Positions 55,589 to 64,000 of a DNA stretch of 64,000 nt are shown here, one piece after another; position 1 is the stretch's first letter, and every line of letters starts with the position of its first letter. Origin of the DNA: Deltaproteobacteria bacterium (lineage in GTDB: Bacteria > Desulfobacterota > Syntrophobacteria > Syntrophobacterales > Syntrophobacteraceae). The translations under genes were made by a program, and so were the position numbers. Where the stretch lies: the NCBI GenBank assembly GCA_021777755.1, contig JAJYDE010000008.1, positions 14,984-78,983 of the forward strand, read 5' to 3'. Under the pieces are notes generated by a model, which did not search any database, was not told where the DNA came from, and saw only the letters and a list, made by a program, of their open reading frames with translations.

Positions 55589-55919
55589 CGATGCGATCGG
55601 AAAAGTATCGGGGGCGGCCTTGAGAGGGCTCCAAATCGCCAGTGCCTGGTCTGTGTGTTTTGTCAAAAAGAAAGCTACGGGGTTTGCACTCCGAAAGGCC
55701 AAAAAAAAACTCGATGCCGCGACCTCCATGCTCGGCATGGAGATTTACGCCCTCTACAGGCGAGGGGAAGGCGAAATTTTAAACTCGCCTTTGATCACCG
55801 GGCAGTTGCAGACAGTTCAAGAGGCCGAATCCCGGCTACTCGATCTGCAGGCTCGCGCGGACGCTATCGAGGAGGAATATCGCAAAAAAAAGAATGCGGT
55901 GTCGGCAAAACAGGGCTAG
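55578..55919 (+). CDS. hypothetical small basic / predicted coiled-coil protein
   Basis: 113-aa ORF with a GTG start overlapping the Mut7-C gene by 11 nt. Basic N-terminus and a heptad-like C-terminus. No family recognised, and coding status is uncertain. Confidence 0.35.
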   Translation: MEGSDAIGKVSGAALRGLQIASAWSVCFVKKKATGFALRKAKKKLDAATSMLGMEIYALYRRGEGEILNSPLITGQLQTVQEAESRLLDLQARADAIEEEYRKKKNAVSAKQG

Positions 55920-55926
55920 GTCGCCC

Positions 55927-56427
55927 TTATCCTTCCTGCGCGCAGTCGGATGGGTCCCCCTGAATTTTATCCAGAGCGTGGGGAAGGGCCGCGAGGATGG
56001 CTTCCAGGTTTTCCAAAGCCCCTTTGGGGCTTCCGGGCAGGTTTACGATAAGGGTTTTGCCCCGAATGCCCGCAACGGCCCTTGAGAGCATGGCGTGGGG
56101 GGTTTTGCGCATGCTTGCGGCCCGCATGGCCTCCGCAAGTCCGGGGACCGGCTTTTCAAGAATCGCCAGAGTGGCTTCGGGAGTGAGGTCGCGTGGTGAA
56201 ACTCCCGTACCCCCGGTGGTGACGATAAGGGCCGCGCCTTCGCTGTCCGCCAAACTTGCCAGGATCTCTTTTATCCGCTCGTAGTCATCGGCAATGACGG
56301 TCTTTGAGAAGACTTCGTAGCCTTCGGCGGCAAGTCTTGCCGCCAGGACCTCTCCCGAGCGGTCTTCACGAAGCCCCTGAGAGCCGAGATCGCTCATGGT
56401 CACAATCGCTGTTTTTCTGGAAAACAT
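55927..56427 (-). CDS. mog: molybdenum cofactor biosynthesis protein MogA/MoaB family
   Basis: 166 aa. LIVTTGGTGVSPRDLTPEA and the GIRGKTLIVNLPGSPKG motifs are present. Confidence 0.85.
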   Translation of the reverse strand: MFSRKTAIVTMSDLGSQGLREDRSGEVLAARLAAEGYEVFSKTVIADDYERIKEILASLADSEGAALIVTTGGTGVSPRDLTPEATLAILEKPVPGLAEAMRAASMRKTPHAMLSRAVAGIRGKTLIVNLPGSPKGALENLEAILAALPHALDKIQGDPSDCAQEG

Positions 56428-56511
56428 GGGTTTGCCTCCGATAAAGCCGAATCCACCGCGGTCGGGGAGAGCAACGCCCTCCGGGCTTCCCGCGGTGGAT
56501 TCTTATTGCGG

Positions 56512-58608
56512 CTATTTCTCTTCTTTTTCCTTTTCCCGTTCTTTTTTCGCCAGTTCGACTATCTTTTCCTGAAGTGCTCCCGGGACTTCCTCGTAGTGTG
56601 AGAACTTCATGGTGAACATCCCCCGGCCCGCGGTCATCGAGCGAAGGTCGGGAGCGTACTTGAGCACTTCCACAAGCGGGGTGTTGGCTTTCACTATCTG
56701 CTTGTTGCCCTTGGTTTCCATGCCAAGCACCCGTCCGCGCCGGGAATTGAGGTCTCCTATGATATCTCCCATGGCGTCGTCGGGAACGGTAATTTCCATT
56801 TCCATGACCGGTTCGAGCAGGGTGGGCCGGGCTTCCATCACCCCCTTCTTGAAGGCCATCGACCCGGCGATCTTGAACGCCATTTCCGAGGAATCGACCG
56901 TATGGTAGGATCCATCGACCAGGTCCACCTTGAAGTCCACCACCGGGCATCCGGCAAGGGGGCCTTCGTGGAGGGCTTCGGCGATTCCCTTTTCGACCGC
57001 CGGTATGTACTGCCTGGGGATGACCCCGCCAACGATCTTGTCATAGAACTGGAATCCCTCGCCCCGGGGCAGGGCTTCTATTTCGATCCAGCAGTCGCCG
57101 TACTGGCCGCGCCCGCCGGACTGTTTTTTGTACTTGCCCTGCACGCGGGCCTTGCCCTTGATCGTCTCTTTGTAGGAGACCTTCGGGGGCTTGAGGTTTA
57201 CTTCCACGCCGAATTTGCGCCTCAGTTTGTCCACAACCGCTTCTATATGGATTTCTCCCATTCCCGAGAGAATCATTTCGCGGGTTTCGTCGTTTCTTTG
57301 CAGCTTCAAGGTCAGATCTTCTTCCATCAGGCGTGAAAGCGAGGAGAAAATCTTTTCTTCGTCCCCCTTGCTCTTGGGTTCCACGGCAAGGGAGTAAATG
57401 GCGGGGGGGATTTCGATGGCGGGGAAAACGATGGGGTCTTTTTCCGAGCAGAGCGTATCCTGCGTAGTGGTTTCCTTGAGTTTTGCCACGGCCACCACAT
57501 CGCCCGGCCCGGCCGACTCGACGGGTTCCTGGTTTTTGCCCTTGAGCCGCAGGAGCTGGCCGAAGCGTTCCTTTGCACCCTTGTTGGAGTTAAGAACCGT
57601 GGAGTCGGGTGCGAGTGTGCCCGAAAAGATGCGCAGAATGGACAGCCTGCCGGCATACGGGTCGCTTACGGTCTTGATAACCAAAGAGCTGAAGGGGGCC
57701 GCGGAGTCCGGTTCTCTAACCGTTTCAGCATCTCCTTTGACCGGGCGGCCCTTCACCGATCCGCGATCCAGCGGAGAGGGCATGCACTCGGCTATGAGGT
57801 CGAGCAGGGGCTGAATGCCGATGTTGGCGCTCCCCGAGCCGCAGGCGATGGGGATCAGCTTGCCGCCTATCACCGCGGACCGAAGAGCCCCCCTTATTTC
57901 CTCGACGGAAAGCTCGCCCGCGTCCAGGTATTTTTCCAGCAGTTCGTCGCTTGATTCCGCCACATGTTCGACGATGGCCTCCCGGTATTGGTCCGCCAAG
58001 TCGGATAACTCGTCCGGCATATCCTTTACTTCGAACTTTCCGCTTTCATCCCCCGCGTAGAGGTAAGCCTTGCCGCCAAGGATGTCGGCAACCCCTTTAA
58101 ATGTTTCGGCCGCTCCGATCGGGATTTGAAGAGGAACGCAGGCATCGCCGAACATGTCTTGGATGGCCCGCACGGTTTTGGCGAAATCCGCCCTCTCTCG
58201 GTCCATCTTGTTAATGAACACCATTTTGGGCTGATTGAATTCGGTTGCGAATTCCCACACTTTCTCGGTCTGGACGCGAACGCCGTCAACGGCGTCGGCG
58301 AGCACGACCACGGAGTCGCCTCCCTGCATGGAGGTCTTGGTTTCCGCGATGAAGTTGAAGTCTCCGGGGGTGTCGATCAGGGTGAAGGGCTGCTTTTTCC
58401 AGCTAAACGAGTAAACCGAACTGCTTATGGTTGCTTTGCGCTTGATCTCTTCAGGCTCGAAATCCAGGACAGAACTGCCTTCGTCCACTTTGCCCAGCCT
58501 GGTCGTAGCGCCGGAGCCAAAAAGCATGGCCTCGGCCAGGGAGGTTTTACCCGCACCGCCGTGCGAGATGATTGCGAAAGTACGAACTCTTGCCACGTCC
58601 TCTTTCAT
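56512..58608 (-). CDS. elongation factor G paralogue (EF-G2-like)
   Basis: 698 aa with the five-domain EF-G layout. G1 is SHGGAGKTS rather than the canonical AHIDAGKTT, with DTPGDFNF and NKMD also present. It is not in an rpsL-rpsG-fusA context. Confidence 0.9.
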   Translation of the reverse strand: MKEDVARVRTFAIISHGGAGKTSLAEAMLFGSGATTRLGKVDEGSSVLDFEPEEIKRKATISSSVYSFSWKKQPFTLIDTPGDFNFIAETKTSMQGGDSVVVLADAVDGVRVQTEKVWEFATEFNQPKMVFINKMDRERADFAKTVRAIQDMFGDACVPLQIPIGAAETFKGVADILGGKAYLYAGDESGKFEVKDMPDELSDLADQYREAIVEHVAESSDELLEKYLDAGELSVEEIRGALRSAVIGGKLIPIACGSGSANIGIQPLLDLIAECMPSPLDRGSVKGRPVKGDAETVREPDSAAPFSSLVIKTVSDPYAGRLSILRIFSGTLAPDSTVLNSNKGAKERFGQLLRLKGKNQEPVESAGPGDVVAVAKLKETTTQDTLCSEKDPIVFPAIEIPPAIYSLAVEPKSKGDEEKIFSSLSRLMEEDLTLKLQRNDETREMILSGMGEIHIEAVVDKLRRKFGVEVNLKPPKVSYKETIKGKARVQGKYKKQSGGRGQYGDCWIEIEALPRGEGFQFYDKIVGGVIPRQYIPAVEKGIAEALHEGPLAGCPVVDFKVDLVDGSYHTVDSSEMAFKIAGSMAFKKGVMEARPTLLEPVMEMEITVPDDAMGDIIGDLNSRRGRVLGMETKGNKQIVKANTPLVEVLKYAPDLRSMTAGRGMFTMKFSHYEEVPGALQEKIVELAKKEREKEKEEK

Positions 58609-59190
58609 GTTTTATCCTTTCTCCTTAGAGTCGACCGGGGGAGGAAAGATTTCCCCGGACTCGAGCGCAATTGCCTGCGGGCGATCCCCTTCAACTGATC
58701 GCGGCAGGAACCCTTCCTGGATGGAGACGGCTTCTCGCGTCCTTCGAGCCACCCCCGGCCGCGGGTGCGGCAGGGTGGTCCGGCCTCTGATAGAGGCGCG
58801 ATGGGCCGGGAGGCCTTGCAAGCGCGCCCCGCGAGGGGGTGCACCGGGCTATGCGGGCGGGGCGGGGATGCGGCCCACCACACCCTTTGCATAAAATCTT
58901 CTTACGACCCTTCGGTGTATCCTGAGATCACGAAAAGTTGGACTGCTTTCGCGTTTTGGCGAGGCAAAACTTTGCGGGATAGCAGATCCGATACACAAGG
59001 CCCAAATATTTTTAATTATTTCAAATAGCCCGTAAAGTCAATAAGGCGTGTTAACAAAGTAACTTCACGGGGCGGGCCGCAATGGCCCCAAACCTGTAGT
59101 GGTCAAAGGGGGGAGAGACTTTTTACGTGGCAAGACGCGGGGAACTTAAGCTCCTTTCCTTTATCAAATCATCACGGCTTGACTTCCGGC

Positions 59191-59925
59191 CTAATCACGT
59201 GCACGGTTGACACAATTGAAGGCCAGGACAAAAAGAATTGCCCCGAGCACGGCGAGCAAAACATAGGACGAATAGAGGGGCGGTTGTGCGAATGCGGCTG
59301 CGCGAATGGCTTTGCACGCATGGGTTAGAGGTAGAAAATGGAGTATGTACCGGACCCATGGGGGCATGGAGTTTACGGGGAAGAAAGTGCCGCCCAGGAA
59401 GGCCATCGGGGTTATAAAAAAGTTGCTTAGAAGCGCCTGGTCGGAGTGCGATTTGACAAGCATCGCCAACGTAACGGCCAGGGACGAAAAAACGAAGGCG
59501 TTAAGGCTTACCGCCAACCAGAAATAGAAATTATAGGAGAGAACCACACCCGAGGCGGCTGCTATCAAAAGGATCACCGCAACCGAAAAAAGCGCCCTCG
59601 TAATTCCCGCGAGCACCTCGCCACTGACGTATGACAAATTTCCGATCGGCGCCGCTTGAAATTCTTCGAAGACATGCCAGTAAAACCTGGCAATGTTTAT
59701 CTCGCTCGACATGGCGAAAGCCTGCGTCATGCTGCTCATTGCCACAAGCCCCGGGATGAGAAATTCCATGTAGGAATGGCCGCCCACTTTCAAGTTTCTT
59801 CCCATCCCGAATCCGAAGGCGACGATGTAGAGCAGGGGACTAATCGCAATGGAGGCCAATTGTCTGAAAAATCTCTTGCGAAGGATCAGCATCTCTCTTT
59901 GGTAGATTGCCAGTATGGCGCTCAT
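59191..59925 (-). CDS. ABC-2 type transporter permease
   Basis: 244 aa with 6 TM spans. The N-terminus ILAIYQREMLILRKRFFRQL is typical of ABC-2 (NodJ/DrrB-like) permeases. Confidence 0.8.
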   Translation of the reverse strand: MSAILAIYQREMLILRKRFFRQLASIAISPLLYIVAFGFGMGRNLKVGGHSYMEFLIPGLVAMSSMTQAFAMSSEINIARFYWHVFEEFQAAPIGNLSYVSGEVLAGITRALFSVAVILLIAAASGVVLSYNFYFWLAVSLNAFVFSSLAVTLAMLVKSHSDQALLSNFFITPMAFLGGTFFPVNSMPPWVRYILHFLPLTHACKAIRAAAFAQPPLYSSYVLLAVLGAILFVLAFNCVNRARD

Positions 59926-59998
59926 AGGACGCCCCCGCCTCCCGTTTCCGGTCAGTCTGAAATTTTTATGATCGGGGCGGGACGCCGCCCCGTGGCCC

Positions 59999-60844
59999 TC
60001 ACTGCTGCCTGACCTTCTTGCCGGTAAGGGAAATGAATACGTCTTCGAGATTGACTCGCCTCAGAGAAAAGCTGCCTCCGTTGGCCGTTATGTGGTCGTT
60101 GGCATCTTCTCTATTGCGGAAATAAACCGTCTGCATGTCTCCATCGCCCACCTTGTCGAGTGCCCATGCCCCGATGGCCTCCATGAGGTTTTGCGGGGTG
60201 TCGAGGGCAACGATTATGCCCTTGTCCAGAAAGGCCACCCTGTCCGCCAGAAATTCGGCCTCTTCTATGTAATGGGTGGTAAGAAAGATGGTCGTTCCGT
60301 TTTTTTGGATGCTTTTTACCAAAGACCATATCCGGCGCCTGATGGCCGGATCAAGACCCGCGGTGGGTTCATCGAGAAACAGGATCTTCGGCGAATGCAT
60401 GAGCGCTCTTGCGATCATCACTCTGCGTTTCATTCCGCCCGAGAGCGATTTTACCGCACTGTTGAGCCTGTCCGCTATTTCCACGTACTCCAGGAGTTCT
60501 TCGATCCGCCCAAGGCGCTCCTTGCGAGGCATCTGAAAAAGTTTTCCGTGCAGGTGCAGATTTTCGCCCACGCTCAGTTCGTTGTCGAGATTGATATTTT
60601 GGGTGACGACCCCGCACTGACGCTTGGCCTGCACGCTTTCCTTGTCGATATGAAATCCGTGAAGCCATGCATCGCCGGAAGAAGCCGCCGCGAGCCCGGT
60701 AAGAATCCTGATGGTGGTCGTCTTGCCCGAACCGTTCGGCCCCAGGTAGGAAAAAAGCTCTCCCTCGCCAACCTGGAGACTGACCCCTCTCAGGGCTTCC
60801 ACCTTGCCGTAGAGTTTACGCAGATTTTCGAGTCGAATCATCAT
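59999..60844 (-). CDS. ABC transporter ATP-binding protein (ABC-2 exporter partner)
   Basis: MMIRLENLRKLYGK..., Walker A GPNGSGKTT, signature LSGGMKRR and Walker B LFLDEP. The start is placed at ATG 60844, though the ORF opens at 60913. Confidence 0.85.
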   Translation of the reverse strand: MMIRLENLRKLYGKVEALRGVSLQVGEGELFSYLGPNGSGKTTTIRILTGLAAASSGDAWLHGFHIDKESVQAKRQCGVVTQNINLDNELSVGENLHLHGKLFQMPRKERLGRIEELLEYVEIADRLNSAVKSLSGGMKRRVMIARALMHSPKILFLDEPTAGLDPAIRRRIWSLVKSIQKNGTTIFLTTHYIEEAEFLADRVAFLDKGIIVALDTPQNLMEAIGAWALDKVGDGDMQTVYFRNREDANDHITANGGSFSLRRVNLEDVFISLTGKKVRQQ

Positions 60845-61054
60845 TCGGGGCTTCCGCGATCCATCTGCAGATCCTCTTTCAGGTTGAACATGGGAAATGC
60901 TAATGTTATGCAAAATCGTAAAAATTGTGAAGACTCAAATTTTCCGCTTCCAAATGCGTGGCGGTTGCCCGCGTTTTTTCGTTGAACTATCACCCTTATT
61001 TATACCAAACTCCGAGGTTGACCTGCGATCGTCGATGTTGTAGCATGGCTTCGC

Positions 61055-61225
61055 TTTTTAGTAGCGTCAGGTACTTTCGAGTTTAATTGGGAATCCCGTG
61101 AAATTCGGGAACGGTCCCGCCGCTGTATACGGGGACGAAATCCGGTTTGCCACTTTCTCGCGCTGGCGGGTGGGGAAGGCTTGGAGAGTAGGGAGATCCG
61201 TGAGTCAGAAGACCTGCCTGATGCC
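61055..61225 (+). promoter_or_regulatory. cobalamin (B12) riboswitch aptamer
   Basis: The + strand carries the conserved blocks in order: GGGAATCCCGTGAAATTCGGGAACGGTCCCGCCGCTGTA, then GCCACT (B12 box), GGGAAGGC, and AGTCAGAAGACCTGCC. Confidence 0.8.
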
Positions 61226-61291
61226 GTTTGGCGCGCCGGCACGTGGTGATGCCGGGTGGCCTTGGCCAAGGACCAAGTAAACTGGGTGCAG

Positions 61292-61328
61292 TCCTGGAAT
61301 TCCAATGGGGAATCCGGGATTTTTTTTT
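61292..61328 (+). terminator. riboswitch expression-platform terminator
   Basis: TCCTGGAATTCC-AATG-GGAATCCGGGA imperfect hairpin followed by nine T residues, about 65 nt after the aptamer. Confidence 0.6.
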
Positions 61329-61486
61329 GGGGCCAAGCTCCGGGGCCTGGCGGCGGAACCGCTCGGAAACTCCCGGTACGAAGCCCTCCGCGCCATTGCA
61401 ACCCGTAAGGCCCCCGTCGTCTTTTGCTCGTGATGATTTCTATTCCGCCGCTTTCCTGAGAATTGCGGCACCGGTTGGAGTGGCTG

Positions 61487-62209
61487 ATGTTGGGCACATT
61501 ATTCGGCATTGGAGTTGGACCTGGAGATCCTGAACTGCTGACCATCAAGGCGGCAAAAATCCTTAGAGAAATTCCCCACGTTTTCGCGGCCTCATCGAGC
61601 AAAAACGATTACAGCCTTGCTTTTGCAATCGTTCGCGAATACCTTCCGAAGGGAGCCAGCGTAGAGCAACTCGATTTTCCGATGACCTTCAGCCATGACC
61701 AACTGGAGGATGCCTGGCAGGCCAACTGCGAAAGGGTCGCCCAATTGTTGGAGGGGGGAAAAGACGTCGCGTTTCTGACCTTGGGAGACCCCCTTACCTA
61801 CAGCACCTTCTCCTACCTTATGCGCAAGGTCCGCGGCCGGCTTCCCGAAGTCAACGTCACCGTAATTCCGGGAATCACCGCTTTCCAAGCCGCCGCCGCC
61901 TGTGCCAAAGAGCCCCTGGTCGAAGGCGAGGAGAGTCTCGCCATCGTTTCGGCGGCCAAAGGCGTGGACAAACTCAAGGACGCCATGAGTGTGGCCGAAA
62001 ACATCGTCATGATGAAGACCTATAAGCGGTTTCCTCAGATCCTGGCTCAAATCCGGGAAGAAGGTTTGCAGGATCGCTGTTTTTTCATAAGCAGGTGCGG
62101 ATTGGACGGGCAGGTCGTGGAGCGCGACTTCGACAGGCTCGAGTCTATGGAACAGCCTCCGAACTACCTGTCCCTCATGATCATAAAGAAAAACGGGCTG
62201 GGGAAATAA
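61487..62209 (+). CDS. cbiL: precorrin-2 / cobalt-factor II C20-methyltransferase
   Basis: MLGTLFGIGVGPGDPELLTIKAAKIL is the tetrapyrrole methylase N-terminus, and FLTLGDP is also present. The CbiL/CobI-like length is about 240 aa. Confidence 0.85.
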   Translation: MLGTLFGIGVGPGDPELLTIKAAKILREIPHVFAASSSKNDYSLAFAIVREYLPKGASVEQLDFPMTFSHDQLEDAWQANCERVAQLLEGGKDVAFLTLGDPLTYSTFSYLMRKVRGRLPEVNVTVIPGITAFQAAAACAKEPLVEGEESLAIVSAAKGVDKLKDAMSVAENIVMMKTYKRFPQILAQIREEGLQDRCFFISRCGLDGQVVERDFDRLESMEQPPNYLSLMIIKKNGLGK

Positions 62210-62216
62210 CGCTTTT

Positions 62217-62996
62217 TCATGGTCGCTCCCCCTTTTTGAAAGCCACCTGAAGCGTATCGCAAAAATCGTTGTGCGCCACCCGTGCATGGACATTGAACAC
62301 ATCCCCAAGCACCTCGGCGGTAAGCACCTGTTCCAGGGGGCCCTCGGCCGCCACACTGCCGGCCTTCATGCAAATCAGCCGGTCGCAGTAGAGCGCCGCA
62401 AGGTTGACATCCTGCATTACGGCCACGACCAGCGAATCCGAGCACACCTTTGCCGCCGCCAGATTGAGCATCGACAGGCTATGGTGCATGTCAAGGCTTG
62501 CGGTTGCCTCATCGAGCAGCATCACCGGCGTCTTTTGCGCCAGGCAGCGGGCAAAGACCACCCGCTGGCGCTCCCCGCCGCTGAGTTGGTTGACGTGGCG
62601 CGCCTGGAAACCGTCGAGATCGGCCTGCCGCATGACCTCCTCCACTATGGCGCGGTCCGCCTCGCCCGGCTGTGCGAACCGGGGAATATGGGGATAGCGA
62701 CCCATCATGACGATTTCCCGGCAGGTATAGGGGAAATTGATCCGGAAATCCTGGGGGACGATCGCGATGCTTCGGGCGATCGTTTTGCGGTCGAGTCGAT
62801 GCAGGGGACTGCCCTTCAGCCGCACGCAACCATGCTCGGGCCGCAGGTGGCCGGCCAGAAGGTCGAGCAGGGTGCTCTTGCCGCAGCCGTTGGGGCCGAT
62901 GATGCCGTAAAAATGGCCCGTTTCCAACCTCAGGTTGAGATCTTCAAAAACAGGCCTTGCGTCATAGGAAAATCCGACATGCTCCAGAGAGTACAT
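62217..62996 (-). CDS. ABC ATP-binding protein of FecE/BtuD type (siderophore/cobalamin importer)
   Basis: The start MYSLEHVGFSY at ATG 62996 overlaps the permease stop (ATGA). Carries Walker A GPNGCGKST, LSGGERQR and LLDEATASLD. The long N-terminal extension of the ORF (to 63782) is an out-of-frame overlap with the permease. Confidence 0.85.
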   Translation of the reverse strand: MYSLEHVGFSYDARPVFEDLNLRLETGHFYGIIGPNGCGKSTLLDLLAGHLRPEHGCVRLKGSPLHRLDRKTIARSIAIVPQDFRINFPYTCREIVMMGRYPHIPRFAQPGEADRAIVEEVMRQADLDGFQARHVNQLSGGERQRVVFARCLAQKTPVMLLDEATASLDMHHSLSMLNLAAAKVCSDSLVVAVMQDVNLAALYCDRLICMKAGSVAAEGPLEQVLTAEVLGDVFNVHARVAHNDFCDTLQVAFKKGERP

Positions 62997-63997
62997 CACG
63001 GGGCCTGCCGGTTTTGCAGCATGCGCCTGCGGTAAATATAACAAAAACAAGGCCCGCCTATCAGCGCCGTTACGACGCCGATGGGAATTTGCCCGGGCAA
63101 AAGGGTGCGGGTTAGCGTATCGGCTCCCAGCAGCAGGAGTCCCCCGGCCAGGGCCGAAACCGGGATGAGGAGCCGGTTGTCCGGCCCGGTCACCGAACGT
63201 ACCAGGTGAGGCACCAGCAATCCCACAAAGCCTATAATGCCCGAAACGGCCACACAGACCCCCGTAACCAGGGAAGCCGTGATCAGCAGCAACAGGGAAA
63301 TCCGGCGAGGCGATACGCCCAGGGAGCCTGCCGTGCGGTTCCCCAGGGCGAGCAGGTTGAGGTCCCGGCTGAAATATAAAAAAACCGAAAGCCCTGAAGC
63401 GGTCGTTACGGCAAGCAGTCCGACCTCGGCCCAGGTCCTTGAAGCAAAGCTGCCCATCAGCCAGAAAATGATGACCCCGACTGAATCGTTGGCCAGATAT
63501 TTTATGAGGCTGACTCCCGCGGAAAGTATGGAAGAAACGATTATGCCGGCAAGAATCAGGCTGCCCGAGGACAATTCCGCGCTTGCGGCCGTAAGATAGA
63601 TCACCGCCGCCAGTGTGGCCGCGGCTCCGGCAAAAGCAAAGGCGGGGGCCGACCAGAGCCCCAGAAGAGTAAAATTGAACAGCAGTGCGAGCGAGGCCCC
63701 GAAGGCCGCCCCCGCCGATATGCCCAAGGTGTACGGCTCGGCTAGCGGATTTAGCAGTATCCCCTGAAACACCGCGCCGCAAACCGCGAGGTTTCCCCCC
63801 ACCAGCATGGCTGCAAGGATTCGCGGAAGGCGCACATCCATGACCACCACGGGGGCCGTGCGGCCAAGATTTGCGATCAACCCGGTGTCTCCGCTCATCT
63901 TTGCCGCGACGATCCGAATGACTTCCAAAAATGGAATCCTCACATAGCCCGAGCCAGCGGACAAAACGACGACGCTACCCAGCGCAATCGCCAGCAC
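62996..63997 (-). CDS. FecCD/BtuC-family ABC importer permease (5' end probably cut by window edge)
   Basis: 333 aa visible with about 9 TM spans. RLPRILAAMLVGGNLAVCGAVFQGILLNPLAEPYTLGISAGA is the FecCD signature. The ORF runs to the last full codon of the window. Confidence 0.85.
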   Translation of the reverse strand: MLAIALGSVVVLSAGSGYVRIPFLEVIRIVAAKMSGDTGLIANLGRTAPVVVMDVRLPRILAAMLVGGNLAVCGAVFQGILLNPLAEPYTLGISAGAAFGASLALLFNFTLLGLWSAPAFAFAGAAATLAAVIYLTAASAELSSGSLILAGIIVSSILSAGVSLIKYLANDSVGVIIFWLMGSFASRTWAEVGLLAVTTASGLSVFLYFSRDLNLLALGNRTAGSLGVSPRRISLLLLITASLVTGVCVAVSGIIGFVGLLVPHLVRSVTGPDNRLLIPVSALAGGLLLLGADTLTRTLLPGQIPIGVVTALIGGPCFCYIYRRRMLQNRQAP

Positions 63998-64000
63998 GGT

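Noticed and set aside
58630-58670. GGGGGAGGAAAG...CCCCGGAC on the + strand, reminiscent of the RNase P RNA GAGGAAAGTCCGGGC block.
   Set aside because: The match is only partial. The other universally conserved RNase P blocks (for example the ACAGAA.CCGGCTTA region) are absent from the surrounding 400 nt on either strand.
62997-63782. N-terminal 260-aa extension of the 521-aa ORF that contains the BtuD/FecE-type ATPase.
   Set aside because: The extension overlaps the FecCD permease gene out of frame and is Arg/Gly/Pro-rich. The ATPase has a canonical start (MYSLEHVGF) on an ATGA overlap with the permease stop.
1-64000. Looked for CRISPR arrays, tRNA/rRNA genes, integrases or transposases, and toxin-type defence genes across all intergenic gaps longer than 80 nt.
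   Set aside because: I saw no regularly spaced repeats, no cloverleaf-compatible sequences and no recombinase-like ORFs. The search was by eye only, so short or degenerate elements could have been missed.

Overview
This is a 64-kb chromosomal window. Hand-counted 60-nt samples in housekeeping genes give about 57-58% G+C. Gene content suggests an anaerobic Gram-negative, Desulfobacterota/deltaproteobacteria-like organism, but taxonomy cannot be verified from this window. Most of the window is conserved housekeeping. It includes cfa, an ABC-F ATPase, ampG, plsB, ilvE, cspA, mlaA, ftsH and rpsT. A long minus-strand run carries yhaM-like, holB, PSP1/ricT, metG, leuS, lptE and holA. Further along are acs, ppiD, panC, mtaB, an EF-G paralogue and mog, then a cobalamin riboswitch with cbiL and a btuCD-type importer that runs off the right edge. 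I saw no rRNA, tRNA, CRISPR array, integrase or transposase. The one clearly accessory block lies between ppiD and panC (about 33.0-41.4 kb). It starts with a truncated sugar epimerase remnant. It then holds two divergent copies of a translationally coupled radical-SAM (SPASM/twitch-like) -> GT2 glycosyltransferase cassette, a Zn-ribbon methyltransferase, and a Wzm/Wzt ABC exporter whose ATPase has a long unrecognised C-terminal domain. The minus-strand half (36.4-41.4 kb) has visibly lower G+C (32-40% in hand-counted samples). This is my best candidate for an undescribed system: a glycan or glycoconjugate modified by radical chemistry and then exported. Secondary points of interest:
- a PEP-CTERM protein next to an AsnB-family amidotransferase and a GT2, with no exosortase in view
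- an ArsA/GET3-HSP20 ATPase coupled to a small CxxC protein
- a Memo-like protein overlapping mtaB
- a PCP_red/sulfite-reductase-like ferredoxin fusion
- unexplained structured intergenic regions upstream of panC and of the EF-G paralogue
All family calls come from motif recognition by eye. No database search was possible.
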